DNA of 57,220 nt, filler included, from Dugesia japonica (Eukaryota): NCBI GenBank assembly GCA_001938525.1. It is 4 parts of 4 records of this genome, joined end to end, with 100 filler letters (N's around TTAATTAATTAA, not from the genome) between each part and the next. Parts side by side here need not be neighbours in the genome. Positions count along the whole stretch, not along the records: positions 1 to 14,462 come from MQRL01564058.1; 3 more parts are not named here. The stretch is one strand, 5' to 3'. Shown piece by piece: positions 1 to 13,562 of this stretch (the stretch's first letter is position 1; each line of letters starts with the position of its first letter). Both the position numbers and the translations under genes were made by a program. The notes below the pieces were generated by a model, which was given only the letters and a program-made list of their open reading frames with translations, had not been told where the DNA came from and did no database searches.

Positions 1-613
1 TTTGTAAAAAAGCGCTGTTTGTTTTGAAATACCATATACATGTGTGTATACACATTTTTTGAGATATTCAAAAGAAGAAAATAAGACAAGCACACCTAGC
101 CATAAAATAAAGAAATGGTCAGTTTCGTGGTGCACAAGAAGTCTGCTGACGATGACAGACATAGTAGTTAATACATTGAAGGACTAACTTCCAATGTCAA
201 GGGTAGCTTCTGATAATTTAGTACTTGAAGTACAGTTGACAAGTATGAATAAGAATAATGGCCTTGATTGATATGCAGTTATCGTGTATTATGTTACATA
301 TTACATTATTGACAAATTTGAGTATATCTTTGAAGATGTTTTCCCGTATCTCTTGAAAAGAAGAGATGAATTCAAATTAAATTAGAGTTGTACGCCAATG
401 ACATCTGGTAAAATTCATTTGGATTGTAAGGATTGTCCATAGAGAGCCCAAGGTTAATTTAAAGGCTTAATATCTTCTCTGGGAATCCAGCGAAATTAAA
501 TGAAATATTTCAGCATCTTTAAATGGATTTCATTTCAGAAATTAAAGTTTTCATTTCAAAATTTATTTTCTGAAAATCAACTTTTCCAAAAATCAACTTT
601 TGATCTGTAAATT

Positions 614-743
614 AAACCAATATTTTGAAAAACAAATTTCAATAAGTAAAATTCATTTTTAATTGCAAAGATCAAAACGATTTGATCTTTGTAATTGAAA
701 ATAAATTTTACTTATTGAAATGTGTTTTTCGAAATATTTGTTT
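614..743. repeat. Imperfect palindrome / foldback MITE-like hairpin
   Basis: Arms of about 60 nt (…ttcaataagtaaaatt…ttgcaaagatcaaa / tttgatctttgtaa…aattttacttattgaa…) around a short loop. Confidence 0.75.
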
Positions 744-1153
744 ATCTTTAAATAGGTTCTATTGAATATGGAAAATGTTGTTGATATTCAGTTATATATC
801 AGCCTTTAATTTTACATTGAATGACCAGAAATTAAATAAATAAATATATTTATTCCATAGTGCAAGTTTCCTGAAGATAACTTAAGCAGAATTAAAATAT
901 TTCAGTGGAAAATATCATAAATAGTTTTATATTTCTAAGCACATGGTATACAATACTGATACAAAAGTAAGAAACTACCAAATCAATTATTTTAATGACA
1001 ATGATAATAATAATTATTATTATCGAAAAATATTTCAAATAATTTTCAAAGTATACTGACTAAAATGAATTCTATGGTATTAAATCTGTTGAAAATTTAT
1101 TTATAAATTCTATGAAACACAAATTTAGGACATTAAGTTTAAAGAAATTTCAC

Positions 1154-1225
1154 CTGCATCTTTCCTGCAATATTTCTTGAATCGTATTCGTTTTCTTTTA
1201 TTGTTACACTGTTGACATTTATTTT
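1154..1225 (-). CDS. netrin: Netrin exon 5: start of the NTR/C345C domain (gene incomplete)
   Basis: tttag|..|gtgaaa, 72 nt. Translates (E)NKCQQCNNKRKRIRFKKYCRKDA, matching the netrin KKYCKKDY motif. Later exons were not found in the window. Confidence 0.88.
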
Positions 1226-1228
1226 CTA

Positions 1229-1278
<50 letters not shown>

Positions 1279-1423
1279 GAATAATAAATTATAAATTATA
1301 AAAACGATGGTAAATCATTGATAAAAAATAAATATAAATTTATTAAATACTAAAAATTATTATTATTATTATTNNNNNNNNNNNNNNNNNNNNNNNNNNN
1401 NNNNNNNNNNNNNNNNNNNNNNN

Positions 1424-1491
<68 letters not shown>
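1229..1491. repeat. (TAA)n/(ATT)n microsatellites
   Basis: Direct inspection; partly N. Confidence 0.9.
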
Positions 1492-1764
1492 GTCAAGCGT
1501 TGCTAAATTATCAATTTCGTTTTCCATAAATAGTGAAAATAATTTTTATTAAAATAATTAAATTAATTGGTGAAAATTCATTACTTAAAAAAGTACACCT
1601 TGCAGATTTTCAATTCTCAATAATAAAACAAAAATGTTTCCTAAGGCTAAATTACCTTAATACTGACAAAACATATCGGCTATAACAATCAATATAAACT
1701 TTATTAAAAATATTTAGGAAATGATGATTTCGATGATTTACAAATAGGAGTTTCTATTTAAACT

Positions 1765-2160
1765 CCTAATATCCTCCCTTTTTAAAATCTTTAATCTGCT
1801 CTATATTTCTTATCACTGTTTTTCCGTCATATACTCTTAGTAAATAACTGTTTTCATGTATTTTCTTGATCACAGTATATGATTAACTACTTGTACACTC
1901 ATTCTCTTTGATTTTTCTTCTCCAAGGATGGTTCTTTCATATTCTATTATCTTTACTAATATTTGATTTCTGATCTTCGAAGTTATTGCCCTAAGTTTCT
2001 ATTTCTGAGCTTGCCTGATTTATTTTTGAGGTTCATTAGTAATGTGTTTTGCCAAACTAATTTTTCTACAAAGCTTCTCTCGGATAGGTTCTTCAGCGCA
2101 CAATTTCTTTCTTAATCGTTTTACCTATTCTCTCCGTATGAGTCAATTATTTGATCATTT
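1765..2160 (-). mobile_element. Ty3/gypsy 3' fragment with PPT in a netrin intron
   Basis: Minus strand reads YTVIKKIHENSYLLRVYDGKTVIRNIEQIKDFKKGG followed by AAAAAGGGAGGA. The same tail type ends the elements at 40680 and 42090. Confidence 0.65.
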
Positions 2161-2680
2161 CTGCATCTAAATGATGAAGCGATTATCCTTCACTATAAAC
2201 ATTTATTATTAATAATTATAAAATTGTTTAATAATTATGAATAGAAAAATGAACGTGAACTTACATTACTAATATTGCCGGTTATCATTATAATAAATTA
2301 TCGATTCATAGTTTATGAAGACAGAATTACACTTCGTAAATTATCAACCCGTTTAATAATTTAGAAAGAGATTTCTAACTAATAGGTTATTAATTCTCTT
2401 AATAATTTAGTTGCTATCTTTATTAATTACTTTACTTTTACAAGATACGGTTGTTTAGTTCTATTATGAATTCATTTTAAACTCCTAATAACAACCTCAC
2501 AAATACTAAGCTTAAAGGAACTTAATTATGTTAATATTAATGAGTGTCGTCATGATATAGAGTGGAACCTCTCAAAAGTGACCTTCTTCACGGCTGTGCT
2601 CATATTTTTGATGTTATGTTCAAGTAACTGAAAATAATCACTAAAAACAGAACAAAAACGATTATTAAAATATTTATTTG

Positions 2681-2953
2681 ATTTCATTTAAAATAAAATC
2701 TCCGATCAAAATTTGTTTATTTTGGGTTTTATGATAACAATTCTATATTTCGACTTTGTCTTCGTCAGAAATTAACTTTTTAGTCACTTTAGTCAAAAAG
2801 TCAAAAACTGACGAAGACAAAGTCAAAATATAGAATTGTTATCAAATAACCAAAACAACAAATTTTGATCGAAGCTTTAATTTTAAATGAAATCTGAAAA
2901 ACGATCAATGGTTACGTCCAACAATTAATCTCGCAATAATTGCATTTGTAAAC
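2681..2953. repeat. Inverted pair of Penelope-like terminal repeats nested in the pogo element
   Basis: 2681-2893 is a long palindrome with a hammerhead motif in each arm. The downstream tail (gatcaatggttacgtccaacaatt…ctcgcaataatt) recurs near 45500-45590 and 46780-46890. Confidence 0.65.
2739..2773 (-). ncRNA. Minimal type I hammerhead ribozyme motif (Penelope-type)
   Basis: Minus strand AAUUU-CUGACGA-A-GAC(AAA)GUC-GAAA-UA-UA-GAAUU: core boxes, helix II, palindromic AUAU helix III and helix I pairing. Confidence 0.65.
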
Positions 2954-3563
2954 TATTTATTTGAACAAATATTTAAGAATATTTTTTTCGGATGCCTTAA
3001 TGACTGAATCAGTTTATTTTCTCAAAAATATGTTTCTTAACTTATCAGGTTAGTTCTCAGCAGAGTATTTTTTTTAAAATCAAACGTAATTTTATAAATA
3101 TCATTCGCCTGCATGAGTTGTACCATCATCAGATTTAGAACTATTTAGTTCGTCACAATTGCACATTTGCTGATCATAGATAATAATCATTTTATTCATT
3201 ATTAATAATTTGTTTTTTTAAATCTTCGTCTATATAATTATGGGATCTTGTTTTATGTCCTGGTGAAAGTTTATTATTGTTTCAAAACAATTTGTAATTG
3301 TAGTCACCTTTATTTAATCTATTTATCAATTTCGACCGTGTATTTTTTTATATCACCATTATCAAAATTAAGTAAAAAATTATTAAAAACTTTTTTTTAT
3401 CAGTGGTCACTTCTTTTGCCAAATGTTGACTTTTCAAAACAAAAAATAAAAGGGGTCACTTTAATAAAATCAGTCACTTTTGAGAGGTTCCACTGTAAAT
3501 TATAAATATTTTTATTAAAATAATTTTTAATACTTTTATGGAGAATCATAAAAATTAGTTAAC

Positions 3564-3602
3564 CTGGAGCTTGGGCCATTGGAATTTTGTGAAGGTCATA
3601 AG
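3564..3602 (-). CDS. netrin: Netrin exon 4: 39-nt linker microexon
   Basis: Follows a 45-nt GT..AG intron (3603-3647); tttag|CT TAT GAC CTT CAC AAA ATT CCA ATG GCC CAA GCT CCA G|gt keeps frame and phase (TYDLHKIPMAQAP). Confidence 0.7.
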
Positions 3603-3647
3603 CTAAACATTGCACCATAATATAATACTATAATTATTAATGTTTAC

Positions 3648-3803
3648 TTTCTACACATGGATGGATTGGAGATCTAGTTTGCTGAAAACCTTTTTGACAA
3701 CGATTACATGAAAGTCCGGTTACACCAGGTTTGCACATACATTGACTGTTTCGTTGATCACACTTGTCTGGATATACAGACCCAATTGGATGGCATCGGC
3801 ATT
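3648..3803 (-). CDS. netrin: Netrin exon 3: laminin EGF3
   Basis: tttag|..|gtaaac, 156 nt. Translates (K)CRCHPIGSVYPDKCDQRNSQCMCKPGVTGLSCNRCQKGFQQTRSPIHPCVE. Confidence 0.95.
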
Positions 3804-4436
3804 CTAAAGTGTATATTATATAAATTCAAAAGAATGTCCAAGTATTCGAATTACTTATTACTTATTTTCAGATATTTATTGAATTAGCATTTAAAGAATC
3901 ATATTCTTATATATAATTCTTATATCAATCTTATTTTTGCAACTTTATATCTTTCTGCAACCGAAATAATTTTCTTATATATTCTTGTTTATTTTAGTTT
4001 GTATATATTAATCAATTAATGATGCTATTTATTTAAATTAAAAATCTGCTTTAAACTCAATACTTAGCCAACACATTAGAATTTAAATAGTAAAAAATTT
4101 CGTCAAAATTTCAAAATACGTAAATGTAATGATAAAATTTTTATTTCAAAGTTGTTTAAATTATTGCGATTAATCAAATTAAACATTTATCTACCAAATT
4201 AATATTCTCCACAATAAAAACGTTACACTGACAAGTAAAAGTTGACCCTTTACTTATTTTGAATACACAAATAATATTAATAATTTAAGCATAATGAATA
4301 ATAATTTAATAACAATAAAGGATAATTTAATAATAATAAATAATAATTTAATTTTTAAGAAAATTTACAAATCTATCAATTAGTTACTTTCAATTTATCA
4401 GATAATATTTTAATATTGAATTTGATTTTAACTTAC

Positions 4437-4625
4437 TTAAACACACGTGCTGATGACTAAGAGGTTTGCTCCAGTCTCTGTGGTATCCCTTTTTGCAAAC
4501 ATGACAATAACGACCATCAGTGTTATGCTCACAATCTACACATACACCACCACTTTGTCGGTTAGATAGTATGTATAGTTTTTCATCAAATGAACATTTC
4601 TTTGAATGTAAATTACAATTACATC
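4437..4625 (-). CDS. netrin: Netrin exon 2: laminin EGF2
   Basis: ttcag|..|gtaagt, 189 nt, phase 1-1. Translates (R)CNCNLHSKKCSFDEKLYILSNRQSGGVCVDCEHNTDGRYCHVCKKGYHRDWSKPLSHQHVCL, the characteristic netrin EGF2. Confidence 0.95.
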
Positions 4626-7600
4626 CTGAATAAAATAATTATATAATTATCATAAATTCAGATGGCATTGATTGACGTTTACATAAAGTAATTTCCATGT
4701 AAAAATATCAATAATATATAGTTATAAATATATTCATGTTAATTTTAGAGAAATTCCAATAGTTAAATAATGACAATAATTATTAATGGTCACAAGTTTC
4801 CCCAACTAATTAATTAGTATTCAACACAGTTTTGCTGATGTAATAGAAGAAACACGCTACAGAAGAATCTAATAAAACATTGGCAAATGTGTTAAGAATA
4901 TAATTTCAATGTCTCCACATGTTAGATTATCAGAATATTGATAGATATAGTTTGTTGATAAATCTTTACTACGGATTGAAATTATTATTATTTCTCTTCT
5001 GACACTATTGAAAAAAAATGTTATAGGGCAATTACGTAAAATGCGTCTTTACACACTATTTGTTGAAGTTGAAAATTAATTAATACTCCATAATCAAAGT
5101 TAAATGTCGATTGAATATAATTAATTTTCCTGTTGTTGGATATTGATATTAAATTAAAACAATAGTATATTGTTTTATTATTAAAATTCGAAATATTTAA
5201 TTTATAATTTTGTTTAAGTGTTTTAATCTGAATATTATCAACTTATTTTTAAAATCAATAAAATGAAATCAACAATCAATTATTAAAATTATGAATATAT
5301 AATCTTTAAAAACAAAATAAAACATATTAAGATAGATTCTTCGTTTTTTTTTTAAAGCTAAAATTCTAATATATTTTAAAATCTTGTTTTAGAAAATTCA
5401 TTTTTTTTATTTTATTTAAAAAAAAAAATTAAGAATATTATGAAAAATGATATTTTGAGTTTTCATTCAGTATTTTTAAATTTAATATCATTTTACCATT
5501 TTCTACAAATGATTCACATTATTTCACAGTTTTTATTTTTGCCAAATTAATTTTATAAATTTATTAAAAAGTATCAAATCAAAAATTCTACAAAATTGTA
5601 TGATAATTCAATTTTAATTCACCACATACAAAATTATTTGCCTTTCAATTTTTATAATAAAAAATATTTTATTAATTTGTTATCTTAAATGTTTGGAAAC
5701 TTTCATTTGATTGTGGTGAAATAAAATACCAATGTTTTGGCGAATACGACCAATTGTATAATTGTTCTTTTTGTAGTGAATCAAAATTGAAGTAACAAAT
5801 GTATCTTTAAACTCAGCAAAAGTTAGTTTTGAAAATCCACGTAATTAGTAAATTGGTTATTCAAATTTAATTAAAAATAAAAAAATCAACACATTATAAT
5901 AATTCTACAATCAAAATTATTGGTTAATTTAGTCTAATCTTATAAAGAAACTGATTTCATTCTTTTCAATGGAAGAAATCTTTTAAGTTGATAATATTTC
6001 GTTTTTAAAGATATANNNNNNNNNNNNNNNNNNNNNNNNNNNNNNNNTTCTTTATAATTTTTATGAATAAATTTATAAATTTCGTTAATGCTTAATTTAG
6101 TATAACACAAACAAATTAATCTTTCAAACTTATTACTTTGTATTAACAGAACCTTACATGTCTGCGAACTTTTTACCAATGAAGTGGTTGGAAAATGGTG
6201 TGTCGCGAAAAATTTGTAAAATTAAAATAACTGTTCACAATGCCAAACACATACATGTCATTGATTTTCAATTTTACATAAAGAATAATAATATTTTTTA
6301 TTGTTATTCTTTCTATCATTTCGTATGTTTTCTAACATTTTCTAAAATAATTTAAATAAATGTTTTCGTACTGCTCTAAATTGCAAAGAAGAAATTGTTG
6401 TGTCTCGAAAAAAAGATTTACTTAGGTGTATNNNNNNNNNNNNNNNNNNNNNNNNNNNNNNNNNNNNNNNNNNNNNNNNNNNNNNNNNNNNNNNNNNNNN
6501 NNNNNNNNNNNNNNNNNNNNNNNNNNNNNNNNNNNNNNNNNNNNNNNNNNNNNNNNNNNNNNNNNNNNNNNNNNNNNNNNNNNNNNNNNNNNNNNNNNNN
6601 NAATTATTTATATTATTATTATGTATTATTGATATTGACTGTAATTATATTAAATTTACTTATCAAGGTAAAGTCTTTACGTTGAAAATATCAACATATT
6701 TTAATACATCAATATTTTAATTTAAATGAAAGGAATCTTCAAAACTCATTAATTTTTATTGAAAACTGGAAGCCTTGTTTCCATGTTTTATTTCTTATCT
6801 GTTTGTTAAATAAATTTGAATATGAAGCTTATCTTCAACATTTATGGAAATTTTATTGCAATGTGAACAAAACCAAATTATAGCCAAAACTAATTTTTTA
6901 AAATAATTATTTTATAAAGCTTTGACTTTGGGTACTTTATCTAAGGCAATTATGAATTGATTTTGTTAATTTCGTTATGTAAGATAATGATTTTCTCCTA
7001 TAAATCTGCATTATAAAATACTTCATTTTTAATTTTTATCTTTTTTAAAAATTCTTTCTGATATTGAGTATATTGGAATCATAATTTCAATTTAAACAAA
7101 TGAAATTTACAACTTATCAGGTTGAGTCAAACGTTATTAACGTTTTTCAAATATATTAAATTGGTTTTTCTATTTTATCGATAAAAAAAAATTCACCGAC
7201 ATATATGGTACCATTTTGAAACTACTGAAAAAGTATTGTTATTTTATTTATATATTTTATTTTTGAGAAATATTTTTTGAGAAAGTAGAGTGATAAACGA
7301 AAAAAATTGTAATTCGAGTCATTACTGGAAAAATTGCTCAAGATAGCAGCTGTGATTCGTGAAATTTGTAATATTGAACGCAAANNNNNNNNNNNNNNNN
7401 NNNNNNNNNNNNNNNNNNNNNNNNNNNNNNNNNNNNNNNNNNNNNNNNNNNNNNNNNNNNNNNNNNNNNNNNNNNNNNNNNNNNNNNNNNNNNNNNNNNN
7501 NNNNNNNNNNNNNNNNNNNNNNNNNNNNNNNNNNNNNNNNNNNNNNNNNNNNNNNNNNNNNNNNNNNNNNNNNNNNNNNNNTGTGTGTGTGAATTTGTAG

Positions 7601-8078
7601 GGGTAATAAATTTGTATGTAATAGATTCTATTAAAAAGAATGTGTCCAAAGGACACACCTTAACCGAATAAAGGTTAAGAAAATATAAATTTCCACATAC
7701 TTATTTTTACTTTCTGTTTGTTTATTGAAAACTTATAAAATTAGATTGTTTTTTTTAAAAAAAACATTCATTCTGATCATTGGTTTCTATACTATAATTA
7801 TTAAGTATATATTAAACAATAAAATCTATGAAGAAATTAAAAATCTCTATTTCTTTGTTTTTTTTGAATAAGTTTCAGATTTTTCAAGAATATTGGAAAT
7901 TTGATTAATAAAAATTGATGAAATGAATTTTTTTCAAATTATTTTATGATAAACTTTATAATAAAATACATTATCTAATTATAACTTTACTTCTCAAAAG
8001 ATATTAAACCAATTTAATTAACATCTCTTTAAAGAATGTTAAATATTATTAAGTAGTCTATTAAAACAAATAGCTCAC

Positions 8079-9171
8079 GTTTACATTCTCCGGCTGAATT
8101 AATTGCAGCAATTGTCCAGCGTTTATCCACGAATCCAATTCTACAAACTTCACAATTTTTTCCTGCCGTATTATGCTGACAATCACAATAAAAAGTGTTG
8201 TCAGCAGGACTTTTCAAACAACGACCTGCATGCCCGTAGCATTGACAACGCCCTCCAACTGAGATATCAGCTAATGCAAAATAATCAGAATTTCTTAAAA
8301 CACTTGGAGAATTTTTATTTTTTTGCTTATTTTTCTTTTTATAAGTCGAAGACGAGGAATTGTTTTTTCTATAAATTCTATTAAAATATTGTTTTAATAG
8401 TGGGGGATAAGTAAATCCATCCAAATGAGAATTGATAAAATTAATATCAAATTTACGAAGTGTTATTCGAATATTTGTAGCACTCATCCAAGAATTATTT
8501 TGTCCAGATGTACGAGAGAATGAATTTGGATTATTTGTTGTAAATGCCAACACAAAAGGAGAATTAATTAAATTCGGCTGTTTTGAATCGGGAATATTTG
8601 TGCAACTTAAAGATTGATCAAATTGACTATGGGTGATTTTAATGTCTGAATCGTGATTAATAAAATCTGTCGGCGGTATTCCAAATGAATTTTGACAATC
8701 TTTAGAAAAATAATGCCAAATCACCCATGAGTTTCCATTATCCATACTTTTATAAATTACAATAGCATCTGGATCCAATGATGGAATGAGTACTAAAGAA
8801 ATGTAGTAAATTTCAAACAACTGCCCAAAAGAAAAAGTAATATTAACACTATCTCCATGTTGTACATAATCAGATGCCCAATACGTAATGTTATTATTTA
8901 AGTGTTGGTCTGTTAAGTAGTTTATTGAATGTGTATCATTCATACAACTATGACAATTGTTATTAATACAAATCCTCTGTTTTTTAGTTTGACCACAAGT
9001 GCTTGTAATTTCATCTGGTAGAATATTTTCGATAATATTTGTGAATGGCGGAACACATCGGAATGCTTTTCCTTCACTATAACAAAACGAATTTGATCCA
9101 CCATAAAGCCAATGTTGAGCTTGACTTTGAGTTAATATTGAAAAAATTATAAAAGTATACAACTCATTCAT
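8079..9171 (-). CDS. netrin: Netrin exon 1: signal peptide, laminin N-terminal (VI) domain and EGF1
   Basis: Hydrophobic N-terminus; LamNT motifs (CVPPFTN, YLTD, IYKSMDNGNSW, WMSATNIRITL, ALADISVGGRCQCYGHA, CDCQHNTAGKNCEVC). Donor C|GTGAG at 8079/8078, phase 1; the ORF-track tail after ECK is intronic. Confidence 0.95.
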
Positions 9172-12100
9172 TAAAGATTGGTTTGTTCTAATTTGAATAT
9201 TTTAATAGAACGAATGTAATTAAAAAATAACAAATGCAATTTCTCAATTTTGGCTTGTTATTAAAATTGAAATAGAAACGCAGCTCGTCATTGATTGACC
9301 ATTCTACGAACGAGCTGCCAGATTTGCTTCGGACACACTGACACAAGTCTGAAGGCAAGATATCGCTAATTGAATTTCATTTCTTGAATATTTGCAGTTT
9401 GTTTTCTATAGTGGAAATAATACTGAATAATTTTCTGATTTAATTATCTAAGAATTCTATTGGGTGGGGTCTAGTGTTATTAAATTTAGAATTAATTATA
9501 GATGCATATAAAAATAAACTAAGGTTTTATAAAAGTTAGTAATAAGTTTAGCAAGTAAACTTATTATGAATGAAATATTTTTTTAAAAAAATTTGAAACT
9601 TTTTCTACTTAAAAATGTATCCCTTTAAGAAATGTTTCAATAGTATTTGTGAAAAATTAATGAAGTAATATATCTATTGAAAATTTATTTAACAGTTGTT
9701 TATTTAACATTATAATTAAATTAACATTTTTAATTTATTTATAAAATTAAAAATTTCTGTTTATTATTAATAAATTACACATAATTCTGTTTTTGCAAGA
9801 ATTTGATTTAACATGATTTAATGTACATAATGTATATTTAAAATTGCGTTATAATTAATAAGCGTTAAAACAGAATTAGATGTATTCAATTTAAGTAGAA
9901 AAATTGAAACACAAATATAGAAATATTATAAATAATAATTATTATAGTATATAATTAAAATATATTTAGTATTGAGTTGATNNNNNNNNNNNNNNNNNNN
10001 NNNNNNNNNNNNNNNNNNNNNNNNNNNNNNNNNNNNNNNNNNNNNNNNNNNNNNNNNNNNNNNNNNNNNNNNNNNNNNNNNNNNNNNNNNNNNNNNNNNN
10101 NNNNNNNNNNNNNNNNNNNNNNNNNNNNNNNNNNNNNNNNNNNNNNNNNNNNNNNNNNNNNNNNTCCCCCTTTTTATCATTCGAATTCCCCGAATCTTGT
10201 TGGTTTTGCGTCTTCTCTCTTAGAATTATTTTTTCCTTGTATGTTTGTAATTAGTTATTCCAGTTTGATTATTGAACTCTTTTGATTTGCTTGTTATTAT
10301 TGTGTTGAGATGTCTTTGGGATTTCGCAAAGGCAAATCAACGATTTTAACGTGAGCTCTAATAGTTTACTTTTAAGAAACGAAATCCTATAAATTTTTCA
10401 CTTATAAATATCGTTATCAATGTTTTCTATATCTTAATATGTTTAATATATATAATGATATATTTGTTAATAAACTATATAGTCACCTTAAGTATCAAAA
10501 ATTTAAAGTTTACTTTTAAAAAATTTTATTGTCAACTATATTACAATTTTAAAACTTCACATTGATAAATTAAAGAGAAATGACAAGATTCAATTATAAT
10601 CAAACAATTAATTACTAAAGTTGTAAGCAATAATAACAACAGGAACTAATCGCTAATTAAAAGTAATGACATAGAAGATAATAAAGTGCAATTTCAACAA
10701 GGAGTAAAATAATAACAAGAAAACTTCAAGGCTAAGAATGTTGCCGACGATAATACTGAAATAATCTAGTTTAAAATTCATTGGTTCCAAGTTTAAATGA
10801 AGGTTATATTCAGATTGATCATACTAATAACCATCCTAATAATAATAATAATACTAACATACATAATAAAATTCAAATTAACAATACTAACAATAATAAT
10901 ACTAATAATAATATCAATAATAATCATAATAATAATAATGTTGTTGTAAAACACCTGACTGTAGAAGAAAATCTAGGCCCAAGGCCGAAATCAGAACCTA
11001 ATAAAGAAGGGGGGGACAAGAAGGAGGCAAATAAGAATTTATCATCGGTTTGGCAAAGAAATTACAAATATAATTAATTAAAAATCGGATTAAGAAGGGA
11101 AACAAGAAGAAGGATGTCAGATGGCTGAAATATTATTCTAAAAGTCAGGTTNAATAATTAAAAGAAAATAAAATATTGTTAAAAAACCAGAAAATTATCA
11201 TCACAACGAATATTTAATTATCAAGAAATAATTAATTAATTGCAACGAAAAAAGAAAATAAATTAAGCCAAAATCGTTTTTCTGAAGATAACCCCGCTCA
11301 GGAAAATCATGGAGACTTGGGGCAAGAAAATCTGAGAAGGAAATGATGCAGGGCAATAGGTTTTCATAACAAGAAAAGTTTATCATTACCAGGAGGGTCT
11401 TGAGAAGGCTTTTAAATTTCCACCAATTGTAATCCATAAAACAAAAATAAAACAAAGAGCAGAAAATCACATGGTGACTTAAAAATAGTCACCAATGGAA
11501 GTTCTAAAAACCTCTGAAAAAATCTGAAAACTGGCACCATCACGAATCAGAAACAAGAGATTCAAATTAAAAATAGAAAGCCAATGGCGATGGCGCCGAG
11601 ATGCATCGGAAAATCATATAAAACAATTTTAGACGAAAATAAAATATAAAATTTTTATTAAATAAATGTCATTAATTGCGTAAACTAGCACATCAACTTT
11701 CGTGGAGTAAATTATAGTGGAAAAAAAATTGGATTATCTTGAAAAGGAAACGAAAACAACCAACATTTTCAGTGGTCTTATTATTAGTTAAAACCTACTA
11801 AATTAACGATCAAATTTTAGACGAGTAAAGCAGTAATTAATAAACAAGCAGGAGAAATTTGTCAATTGAACTCAGCTATTATCATTATTCACGTTGCAAG
11901 AAGAAAATTTCAGTTACGAGTAAGCATGCGTTATTTTATATTTATTACTGTAGTAAATGTGTTTAATTTTTTACCNATTAATAAAANTATATCTATAATT
12001 GCTTATTTGTTTAATTCTACATATATTGTGATAAATAGATATTTACAGTTGACAATAACCGGATTGGCAATCGCCCAGCGTACAGTAAATTGTAACCACA

Positions 12101-13562
12101 TTGATTTTATATTGTCGGTAATGTCATCTAATAAATTTGAACAGTTAGAGTCTGATGCTTAGAAACATCTAACAGACCATCTGAGTACTATTCCAATTTT
12201 TAATTACATACAAAATTTCCTCTCCAGATGAAACACCATTGCGATCTCAGTACTTGATCGTACTCACTATTCGCGAACGAACCTAAAATCACTTAAATTG
12301 ATGGCATTACCACTCTACAATGTGAAAGACACACTCCCCATACATCGGGCTGAAAAAAGTACATGTCTATATACGACAGGAGGCATTCGTGTAATTACAA
12401 AGTTTTGCTTAACTGACATCATAACACACAGGCACGAATTCTTCCCAACGATTATGACTAACACATCGTTAAGGCACGCAATGATAACATCGGACCATAT
12501 CTCTACTTTATTAATAAATTGATAATCCATTCATGATTATATGAATCCGTAGTAGTCAGACCACGTTAGTATCTCGATAACTACCGCTATTAGCATGATT
12601 TTTCTTGATATCCATTATTATTGTAATGCTCGGTTGTTGCACATGGATAGTGGGAGTGTGTCGCTTAATGTTATTGGCATGGATATTATCATGAGGCTTT
12701 AATTAAAATTAATCTTATGATAAAAGTTGAAGGTTTATTATCTTTATTATTATAATTGAAGATACTATCGAGGATACAATATTATCAATGATTTCATCAA
12801 CTATTCCTCACACAAGTTTTAATAGGATATATTGTGGCATACTCAATGTGTTATTTAAGAAAATTGCTGTCTGATTAGACGCTCAGAGTGTTATGAAAGC
12901 ACCAATGAGGAACACTATAGTCACTATCCCTAATTTTTTCACCTAAGGACATCTGTCATCTACTAACATTAGTACTAATAGTTTTATGGTTATTATTATT
13001 AACACTGATTATCATTATTGTTATTAATATTATTACTAATAACATTGTTGTGGTAATTGTTATGATTAGTATTATAATTAATATTATTAACATGATTATT
13101 TTAACAAGCGTCATTGTCATATTTGTTCTGGTATATTACTACCAATTACTGTTTTGTCGATAACTAAGAATTAACTTTATATATTCAACATGTTACATTA
13201 TTACCGCTAACATTATCAGTAACTATATGATTTTTCATGATTTCTTTAAAATTACGACTACCGATTTTAATAGTACTTACATAGTATTGGTTAAATATTG
13301 CTGTTATGTTCACGATTATTCCCATTGGTTTTCCACAATATTATTGCCATCTGGAATTTGGTTATAATAAATAATAGTACTAATATTAATAAAATCATTT
13401 GTCAATGCAAGCACCGATTAATGTACTTTAGCGTCCTTTTTACCGGTACTGAAGTCGGGGAACTGACTCCATGTCTAGCATAGGTCCTTTTTATGTATGC
13501 TTCCATTTAGTAAAGAATCCAGTACGTTATAAAATAGTGATAAACTTTAATTCAGATTATTC

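Larger units (their letters stand above)
2560..3495. mobile_element. Non-autonomous pogo/Tigger-type (Tc1/mariner) element
   Basis: TIRs (g/c)AGTGGAACCTCTCAAAAGTGAC ... GTCACTTTTGAGAGGTTCCACTG flanked by TA on both sides; subterminal GTCACTT repeats. Confidence 0.8.

Noticed and set aside
1-500. Further netrin exon or other coding remnant
   Set aside because: No NTR-like minus-strand exon found; plus-strand frames are stop-ridden and unrecognised.
6395-7658. ORFs rich in X (also near 9926, 23343, 24719 and 46094)
   Set aside because: Artefacts of N-runs.
8029-8078. C-terminal tail of the 380-aa ORF (RELFVLIDYLIIFNIL) as a membrane anchor
   Set aside because: It is read-through into the intron after a canonical GTGAG donor; downstream netrin exons are present.
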